From NCBI GenBank assembly GCA_965208125.1, contig OZ242320.1, forward strand, positions 2,619,821 to 2,683,820: a DNA stretch of 64,000 bases, read 5' to 3'. The stretch comes from Candidatus Latescibacterota bacterium (GTDB lineage: Bacteria > Latescibacterota > UBA2968). The position numbers were made by a program, and so were the translations under genes. The notes beneath the pieces are model-generated. The model did no database searches. It was not told where the DNA came from and saw only the letters and a program-made list of their open reading frames with translations. This document shows, piece by piece, positions 33,117 to 40,133 of the stretch. Numbering within the stretch: position 1 is the stretch's first letter; each line of letters opens with the position of its first letter.

Positions 33117-35259
33117 AAAAGCCGACTGCTGATTGCTGGTAGATTTTTTCCGTGAAGTGTGCCCAGCCTCTCCAGCGGTCAATACCCGTCAGGCGCAGGT
33201 CAATTTCGTCGCCGATCTCTACGGGATAACCCGGATAGATGACGGTTTTGAAGGGGTGGTCGAGGAGTTCTACGAGGACGCCGCGCATTTTGAGGTGGAG
33301 AACAACGGCGCGAAATTCCCGACCAATCTGATTCTCCCACGATTGTAATATCAAATCGCGGGTACGGTGGTGTACCAGGTCGTCGATGAGGTCCTGTGTT
33401 TCCCACATGCGGTAGCGCAGGGTATTGAGGTCGTCAACCTCGTAAAGGGATTGCTCGGTTTTTAGGTAGTGATCGATCTGGCGTTGCATTACGAGGTCGG
33501 TGTATCTGGTTGTGGGTTGGGTGATGGGACAATAATGCGATATGCCATAGCCGTGATGTGTTTCTGGCGTTGTGCTGAGGCCGATGTTTGGGGTCTGGCG
33601 GTGGCGTTCGTGGCGGCGTACAACGGAGTGGGAGATTTGGATGATGGTCTCAATGTTTTCAATGGGGTCGCGCATTTCGTAAATTGCGGGGAGGCTCTTA
33701 TTATCACACCACCGCCCAACAGCTATGCCAGCGAGCAGGGATAGTTCAATGGCAATGTGATGCGCGGAATTTGGGGGTGATTGTTCTTCGAGGTCGTGCA
33801 TGGCCGTTTGCCGCGTTTTGTAGAGGCGTGCGGATAATTGCGAGAAGAATTGTATGGCGCGGTGCTGCGGGTGAGCAGGGTCGTTTAGTGCATGGTCGAT
33901 GTTTTCAGGTGAAAGGTCCGCTTTGTTTATTGCGGCCGTTTGCGCGATACAAAAATCTTTGAGGCGGCCATCCCGATTTACGCGCCAGAAGATACTGAGT
34001 GCTGGATGCGCTTTGTCGCTTTGGAATTGGCCCAGGTCGTGTGAAAAGCGCGTTGGTAGCATGGGAATGGGATGATCGGGAAAGGGAATGTGCGCCATGC
34101 GCTCGGCAGCGTCGCGGTCAATGTGCGAATCTTTGGGGATGAGTGCGCCGATATCTGGAATGTGTACGCCAAACTCTGCGCCTCCCAAGAGCCTGCGACG
34201 GTATGAGAGGGCGATGTTTGGGTGATCGGGCGGGTGTATTACAAAGACGGGTTGTTTTTTTCGGTTTCCATAAGCGGGCGCGAGTGTTTCTGCCTGGCGG
34301 ATGGCGAGGTCTGAAAATGCAGTTGGAATTTCGGCGCGGAGCAAGTCGAGGTTTTGATCGCGTTTCCAGACCTTTTTTTTAATGAGTAGTTCGACTGCGG
34401 ATTTTTGGCGGTTTTTTTGGGTTTTGCAAATTTCAGAGATCAATGCCTGCGCTTGAGTTGCGTATTGGGATTCACTGCCCCACAATGCGTATTGTCGAAT
34501 CTGTTCCAGATAGGTTTGCTGGCGTGGGGTCAGCGTGTGTTCTGCGATGGATTCGTCCTGATTCGCCATGGCGTGGATAAATTCTTCTCGTTCTTCATCC
34601 CGGTCTTTTCTAAGTTTGTGGCGTTGGCGAAGGACATTTACTTGACCGGCCGTATAGGGCGAATACGAGTTGGAAGATTGAGGCTGAAAATAAGGAGAAG
34701 TATGGTGCAGGTGAAGATAGAGGGCAATCCATTGTGTCGCATCGATTTCTGTGTTGTAGAAGAGGTCGGCGATTTCTGAAAGCGGAAGCGGGGTTGCAGA
34801 TTCAACGGCGATTTCCCAGACGGCTTCGAGGTCTATTTCCCGGCTCAAGGTGCGGACGGCCGTTGCATAAGTTTTGAGTGGTACATCGGTTGATGAGGTG
34901 CCGGTGAGATAAACGAGGTTGGTGTGGCGAAAGCGGAGGCGCCGACCATCTTCTGATAAAACTGTGATTTCGGAAATTTTGCGGGGCAAAACAGCCTGGC
35001 ATGTTCCCAGGAGCAGGCGTTTTCGAAAGCGAAACAGGATAATTTCATCCTGGATAGGTGTGCCGGGTAACCTACCTTTTGTATGGGGCGCATCTTGGGA
35101 ACTCGGTATTCCATCTTCATCCAGACGGCCCGTGTAGCGCTCGTTGGGTTGGTTTTTGTGTTCATTTCGGATGATCAGACCGTAGATGCGTTTGACAAGG
35201 CTGGCGTAGAAGTAGAGATAGCGATTTGAGATTGTGACTTCGCGTTTGGATTTTTGCAT
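33115..35259 (-). CDS. RNB-domain exoribonuclease (RNase II/R family) with C-terminal S1-like domain
   Basis: 714 aa. The RNB catalytic region is FGVHIPDIGALIPKDSHIDRDAAERMAHIPFPDHPIPMLP. The C-terminal FRAVVLHLKMRGVLVELLD is S1-like. The N-terminal ~60 aa and the start codon are uncertain. Confidence 0.8.
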   Translation of the reverse strand: MQKSKREVTISNRYLYFYASLVKRIYGLIIRNEHKNQPNERYTGRLDEDGIPSSQDAPHTKGRLPGTPIQDEIILFRFRKRLLLGTCQAVLPRKISEITVLSEDGRRLRFRHTNLVYLTGTSSTDVPLKTYATAVRTLSREIDLEAVWEIAVESATPLPLSEIADLFYNTEIDATQWIALYLHLHHTSPYFQPQSSNSYSPYTAGQVNVLRQRHKLRKDRDEEREEFIHAMANQDESIAEHTLTPRQQTYLEQIRQYALWGSESQYATQAQALISEICKTQKNRQKSAVELLIKKKVWKRDQNLDLLRAEIPTAFSDLAIRQAETLAPAYGNRKKQPVFVIHPPDHPNIALSYRRRLLGGAEFGVHIPDIGALIPKDSHIDRDAAERMAHIPFPDHPIPMLPTRFSHDLGQFQSDKAHPALSIFWRVNRDGRLKDFCIAQTAAINKADLSPENIDHALNDPAHPQHRAIQFFSQLSARLYKTRQTAMHDLEEQSPPNSAHHIAIELSLLAGIAVGRWCDNKSLPAIYEMRDPIENIETIIQISHSVVRRHERHRQTPNIGLSTTPETHHGYGISHYCPITQPTTRYTDLVMQRQIDHYLKTEQSLYEVDDLNTLRYRMWETQDLIDDLVHHRTRDLILQSWENQIGREFRAVVLHLKMRGVLVELLDHPFKTVIYPGYPVEIGDEIDLRLTGIDRWRGWAHFTEKIYQQSAVGF

Positions 35260-35288
35260 GGTTTTGCCTCGTCTCTGTCGCCCATTAA

Positions 35289-35319
35289 TAAAAAGCCCCG
35301 GTGTGTGACCGGGGCTTTT
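35289..35319 (-). terminator. Rho-independent terminator after the DUF1501 gene
   Basis: The stem is GCCCCGGT / ACCGGGGC (35295-35315) with a 5-nt loop. On the minus strand it is followed by TTTTTATT. Confidence 0.7.
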
Positions 35320-35343
35320 ATAGTTTCAGACGATGCCGGGTGC

Positions 35344-36764
35344 TTAACGGTTTCGGAAGGCATCGACAAATCTCAAGAAATCGCCAAACCCAACGTTGCC
35401 ATCGCCGTCTAAATCGAATTTGGCTTCATTGCTGCCATAGGCCTGGGCAAATTGGAGAAAGTCGTTAAAGTCGAGTTTGCCGTCGGCATTAAAGTCAACT
35501 TTGGCGAGATCGAGCCTTGGTCTGAGAATGGGAATGTGAGACGTATTGGATGAAAAGATGCTTGAGACAACATCTTGTGATACGTCAAACCAATCGTTGA
35601 GCACCGAGGCATAGACATGGCGGAAGTCGTGATCGTAGTAAAAGTCACCGCGCCTGTCAACCTGTTCAAAGTTGGGCTGTGGACCTGCAATACCCGCATT
35701 GATCGATGGGCCAAAGAAGAACATGGGCGCTGATGTGCCGTGATCGGTGCCTGCGCTGCCGTTTTCTTTTGTTCGACGACCAAATTCCGAAATGCTCATG
35801 CCGAGCACGCGGTCTTGCAATTGATGTTGCCGCAGGTCCTGAACAAAAGCCGTGACTGCTCCGTTGAGCTGGCTCATCAGGTTGTTGTGGCGGTTGAGCT
35901 GATTGGAGTGTGTGTCGTATCCGCCCTGTGAAACCAGATACACTTTGGATTGTAAGCCGCCAGCGATCAACCGCGCGACCAGACTGAGCTGGTTGGCGAG
36001 CCCATTATTGGAGGGGTATTGAACTCTGTTCGCGCCTTTATTTGCGGCATCTCTGACTTGTGAGGAATATTGAAGGGATTCAAAGTTGATGCGGCGGATA
36101 AAGTCGAGTTCATATCCTGCCGGTGTGGGGATTTTACCGTCTTCGATAATTTTGTTGCCCTGCTCCACGAGATTGACAAATTGCGTGGGGTTGCGCAGGG
36201 CAATGCCCATAGCACCGTTTTTGCCCAATAGAGCGAGGGAAAGCACGGGACCGATGTCAACTGCCAGCGGCTGTTCTGGCAGGGTGTCTGGGAAGCCGGG
36301 AGTTTGGGATTCAAAATAGCGCCCCAGCCAACCGTGGTTCAAAAATTCTTTGGAATCCGATGCGGTCATCCAGATGTCGGTCGAGCGGAAGTGCGACCGG
36401 TTGGGATTGGGATATCCCACTCCTGCATGACCATCAACTGACCTTCATCGTAGAGTTCTTTGAACCCTGTGAGTTGGGGATGCAGACCCTGTGTCGGGGT
36501 GAGTCTGAGGGCTTCTTGTTTTGTGATGTGGATTTTGGGACGCGCCTGATAATAGGCGTCGTTTTCAAAATTGACCAGGGTGTTGAGGCCGTCATTACCG
36601 CCATTGAGGCGAATGATAACGAGCACGCGGTCGGTCTCGCTGAGGGCTGTTGCAGCCAGAGGCCCAATAGCTTCGGCGCGCCCATAAGCCCGCGTCATAA
36701 AACCGCCCAGCGCAAACCCGGCACCACCGCGGGTCGCATTTTTGATAAAGTCGCGTCTGTTCAT
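35344..36764 (-). pseudogene. DUF1501 family protein (Tat signal) with dockerin-like C-terminus, interrupted by a 1-nt frameshift
   Basis: ORF 36366..36764 gives MNRRDFIKNATRGGAG (twin-arginine) and VLVIIRLNGGNDGLNTLV. ORF 35344..36420 continues in another frame with VGYPNPNRSHFRSTDIW. In intact DUF1501 proteins these parts are contiguous (…MQE-VGYPNPNRSHF…). One extra G near 36420/36421 would restore a single ~470-aa frame. Confidence 0.8.
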
Positions 36765-36803
36765 AACGAGCTCCTTCTGGAGGCTAACAGGCAGGCCTCA
36801 AGT

Positions 36804-38276
36804 CTAATTCAGTTGATAGTCGGGCAATTCAAAGATGAGTTTGAGAATATTCTTGATGCGCCGGGGTGCTGCAACAGCATCGGGATTCCAGTCATAGACA
36901 TCGGCACCTTCGAGTAGCGTTTCCAAAAACATTTCGAGGCGATATTCGTCAACTGGAAAGGCCATCAGACATTCTCCCATGGCGCGAACGAGTTTTTCCG
37001 CGTCGTAGGGGTCGGGAAATGCCTTGACGAATCCCACGGCATCTGTGTTGAGGATGGTGTAACGGTTGGGATTGCGCGGTCTGGCATCGACAATCTCGTC
37101 GGTCATTTTGTGGCGTTCGGGCAATGTTGATGTGCTGATCCACAGCCGATATCCCGGCCACCCGGCTACATTGGGCGGATCAAGTAGTCTCTGGCCGAGC
37201 ACCTGGGCGATGTAAACGAGGTATTGGGAACTTATGCTCCTGCCTGTGCCGGCTTTGAAACCGAGACTGCGCGCTGTGCCAGCGACGAGTTCGACGGGGC
37301 TTTTGATTTTAGCACCGATGGTGGCTGGATCGAAGAAGTGCTGGCTTAAGAGCAATGTCTTCAAAACCGGTTTGATTTCGTAATCGTTGTCGCGCATGAT
37401 TTGCGCGAGTTCCGAGACGATGTTTTTGTCTGGATGCTCATAGACAAATTCGCGATAGAGTTTGCCGCATATAAATTCAGCTGTGACTTCTTGCTGGAAG
37501 ATGATGTCGATAATGTCCCGATAATCAAAGTTACCAGTTTGTCCCAGGAAGGTCTTCTGGCCTTTGTCGAACCGGTTTTCTCTAAAAGTGGGTTGCCTGC
37601 CCACGACAATCCAACCTGTGAGCGCGCGTGACGCTTCTCCGATGTCTTGTTCTGTGTAGCCGCCACCTTCGCCCATTGTGAACAATTCCATGAGTTCTCG
37701 AGCGTAGTTCTCATTGGGTCTTCCCACTCTGTTGGAGTTGCTGTCGAGGTAGTAGATCATGGCCGGATCTATTGTGACTTCCTTGACAAGTGTTTTGAAA
37801 TTGCCGACAGCACGCTTGCGAAACAGGAAATTCTGGAGATACATCCACTGCGGGCGTCTGACATCTTTGGCCTGGGTGGCAAAGTGATCGTGCCAGAAGA
37901 GCACCATGCGCTCTTGAATTGAGAACCCCTGGTTGACGATGAGTTCCATCCACCAGGCGCGGGTCTCGTCAACGCGCGCGCGCTCAATTTTGCGCTGGTC
38001 TGAATCGGGTTTTTGAAATGGATCCTGATAAACCCACTGAGCGGGTGGATTTGGTGGCAAAAAAGGCATTTCCAGAAGGCGATCTACAACGGCTTCTGGC
38101 GTGCTTTGCGCGGCTTCTGCTATTTCTCTTGGCGTTGGGCCAATGAGGGTGCGCCGCAAGAGGTGTGCCGCCCGGTGCTCATTCCACGGCTGTTCTGCCG
38201 AGGGGATATACGGTTCGAGTCCCGTGGATGCATACGCAAGTTTGGGCGCAACAGGAAAATGTTCGCGATTGGACAC
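36804..38276 (-). CDS. DUF1800 family protein
   Basis: 490 aa. It has the FWHDHFAT motif and overall DUF1800 organisation. It sits directly upstream of its usual DUF1501 partner. Confidence 0.85.
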   Translation of the reverse strand: MSNREHFPVAPKLAYASTGLEPYIPSAEQPWNEHRAAHLLRRTLIGPTPREIAEAAQSTPEAVVDRLLEMPFLPPNPPAQWVYQDPFQKPDSDQRKIERARVDETRAWWMELIVNQGFSIQERMVLFWHDHFATQAKDVRRPQWMYLQNFLFRKRAVGNFKTLVKEVTIDPAMIYYLDSNSNRVGRPNENYARELMELFTMGEGGGYTEQDIGEASRALTGWIVVGRQPTFRENRFDKGQKTFLGQTGNFDYRDIIDIIFQQEVTAEFICGKLYREFVYEHPDKNIVSELAQIMRDNDYEIKPVLKTLLLSQHFFDPATIGAKIKSPVELVAGTARSLGFKAGTGRSISSQYLVYIAQVLGQRLLDPPNVAGWPGYRLWISTSTLPERHKMTDEIVDARPRNPNRYTILNTDAVGFVKAFPDPYDAEKLVRAMGECLMAFPVDEYRLEMFLETLLEGADVYDWNPDAVAAPRRIKNILKLIFELPDYQLN

Positions 38277-38392
38277 GGATACTCCTCCTCTTGATGTAAA
38301 TTTTCGGGATGCTGGTGGTTAAACGCCTGTATTATTTCAATATGATAAATTTGCGCTATTAGTGCAAGTTAAAATTTGTAAATACTAAAGCT

Positions 38393-38710
38393 TCAGGGAG
38401 AATATTTTGTGAGAGAGTCGAGTAGAGCTTGTTGCGCCGCTAAATTTCTTTCCGATGCCACGACAATGGTTTCCTGAATTTTGATACGGGCGTGTTCTAT
38501 TTGTTCTGATTGTTCTTTTGGAATGCCCAGGGCGATATTGCGGCGAATTTCGATTTGCAGGCTGTCGCGCAGGGTTTTCAGGCGAATGCGTTCTTCACTC
38601 AGCGTCTTTTCAGCTTGTGAGACCTTCATTTTCTGACTTTCGAGTACGGGATTGGTTCCCGAACATGCGAAAATCAGAATAAAAAAAAGAAATAAAGGAA
38701 AACGAGGCAT
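38393..38710 (-). CDS. Small coiled-coil lipoprotein (hypothetical)
   Basis: 105 aa. It has the signal peptide plus lipobox FILIFAC and a charged helical remainder. Its start is 1 nt after the RSH stop. Confidence 0.55.
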   Translation of the reverse strand: MPRFPLFLFFILIFACSGTNPVLESQKMKVSQAEKTLSEERIRLKTLRDSLQIEIRRNIALGIPKEQSEQIEHARIKIQETIVVASERNLAAQQALLDSLTKYSP

Positions 38711-38711
38711 A

Positions 38712-40133
38712 TTATTTTTGACTATTGAGGTAGTGCTGGATGTGGCGGCGAGCGCGGTAGGTTTTTACGCGGCTGACCCAGCTCTTTTTTGGATGTTGAT
38801 TTGGATCGGTGTCAATTTCAACGGTGTCGCCCCAGGCGAGTTTGGAGAACGGATAAGCCCGCGCGCCGTTGATACGACCTCCTTTGCATTGCAAGCCGAG
38901 GTCGGTATGCACGGCAAAGGCAAAATCGGCAAGGGTCGCATCTTCGGGCAAAATAAAGGGATCGCCTCTGGGGGTGAGTGCGACAATTTCTCGGGTAAAG
39001 AGAATGCGTTTGAGTTCAGATATCAGGTGATGGGAGGCATCGGCGCGGTCGTACCAATCGACAAAATCGTGCAACCAGCGCGTGCGCCGCTCTTCGTGCT
39101 CTGCATCTCCGCGCAACGCGGCAATGCCAAATTCGCCCAGGCGATGCATTGCGGGGGTTTGAATGTGAAGTTCGTAGCGTTGATCCCTGTGGTGGACACA
39201 GGTATGGAGAGCCTGATAACCATTGCGTTTGGGCAGGGCTATAAAGTCTTTGAAACGCTCCATTACGGGCAGGAAGTGCTCGTGCAAAATGCCCAAAGCC
39301 AAATAACATAATCGGCGACGCGAGACAATGACTTCGACTGCGTAGCGATCCTGTATTTGATTGAGGGGACGATGTTGCATTTTGCGGTAAATGCTGCCCA
39401 AACTTTTCTGTTGTACGCGCACACTTGTCCGCACGCCGTTGGCATTGAGCAAGTTGCGAATTGTGTCCTGGAATTTCGCGAGGTGCTCGGTCTGTTCTGT
39501 TCTAAGTGTGGTCTGTATCTGATTCGCGATTCGCGGTTCGAGGCAGGTAAGGCTGCGGTCTTCGAGTTCGCGGCGGATACGGGCCATGCCCAACAAGTGC
39601 GATAGGGGTGCGTATATATCAATGGTTTCTCGCGCAATGCGTTGCCGTCTGTCGATTTCTGAAATGCCGTCGAGGCTGCGCATGTTATACATGCGGTCAG
39701 CTAATTTGAGAATGAGTACGCGCGGGTCTCTTCTGGCATGGGTGAACAGGTGTTGCAAGGTGGCAATGCGCCGCGCAGTGCGACCGGCTTTTGATCCTTC
39801 TACTTTTGTAACGCCGCTGACGAGGGTGGCAATGTTTTTGCCAAAGGTGGGTTCAATGTCGTTAAGGGTCAGGGCAGAGTCTTCAACGGCGTCGTGCAAT
39901 AGTGCCGCTGCCATCATTTCCGCGTCGCGCGCAAATCCCAATTCAGAAGCCAGGATGAGTGCCACGCCAATGGGGTGGGTAATATACGGTTGCCCGGCGT
40001 CACGGTCCTGGCCTTCGTGGCTGGCATTGGCGAAGTGATAGGCATGCCCGACGAGCGGATGATTGCGCTGGGGAATTTGTACCAGCAATTTCCGCAGAGG
40101 CTCGCGTATGGAAGTTAGATGTTTGGTATTCAC
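38712..40133 (-). CDS. RelA/SpoT homologue (HD hydrolase + synthetase-like + TGS; no ACT/C-terminal regulatory half)
   Basis: 473 aa. The HD domain has HPIGVALILAS...AALLHDAVEDS. The RelA_SpoT region has SIYRKM...NGYQALHT...ELHIQT. The TGS-like C-terminus is LTPRGDPFILPEDATLADFAFAVHTDLG. The GTG start overlaps the dinG stop (GTGA). Confidence 0.85.
   Translation of the reverse strand: MNTKHLTSIREPLRKLLVQIPQRNHPLVGHAYHFANASHEGQDRDAGQPYITHPIGVALILASELGFARDAEMMAAALLHDAVEDSALTLNDIEPTFGKNIATLVSGVTKVEGSKAGRTARRIATLQHLFTHARRDPRVLILKLADRMYNMRSLDGISEIDRRQRIARETIDIYAPLSHLLGMARIRRELEDRSLTCLEPRIANQIQTTLRTEQTEHLAKFQDTIRNLLNANGVRTSVRVQQKSLGSIYRKMQHRPLNQIQDRYAVEVIVSRRRLCYLALGILHEHFLPVMERFKDFIALPKRNGYQALHTCVHHRDQRYELHIQTPAMHRLGEFGIAALRGDAEHEERRTRWLHDFVDWYDRADASHHLISELKRILFTREIVALTPRGDPFILPEDATLADFAFAVHTDLGLQCKGGRINGARAYPFSKLAWGDTVEIDTDPNQHPKKSWVSRVKTYRARRHIQHYLNSQK

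Noticed and set aside
36366-36424. Programmed ribosomal frameshifting in the DUF1501 gene.
   Set aside because: I saw no slippery heptamer, no RF2/dnaX-like stimulatory context and no known precedent in this family. A mutation or sequencing error is more likely.
38712-40133. The RSH as a toxic small alarmone synthetase (toxSAS / CapRel-like defence gene), with the downstream small ORF as antitoxin.
   Set aside because: It has a long-RSH layout with an intact HD hydrolase and a TGS domain, and its synthetase motifs look degenerate rather than active. The downstream ORF is a lipoprotein with a signal peptide, unlike cytoplasmic antitoxins.
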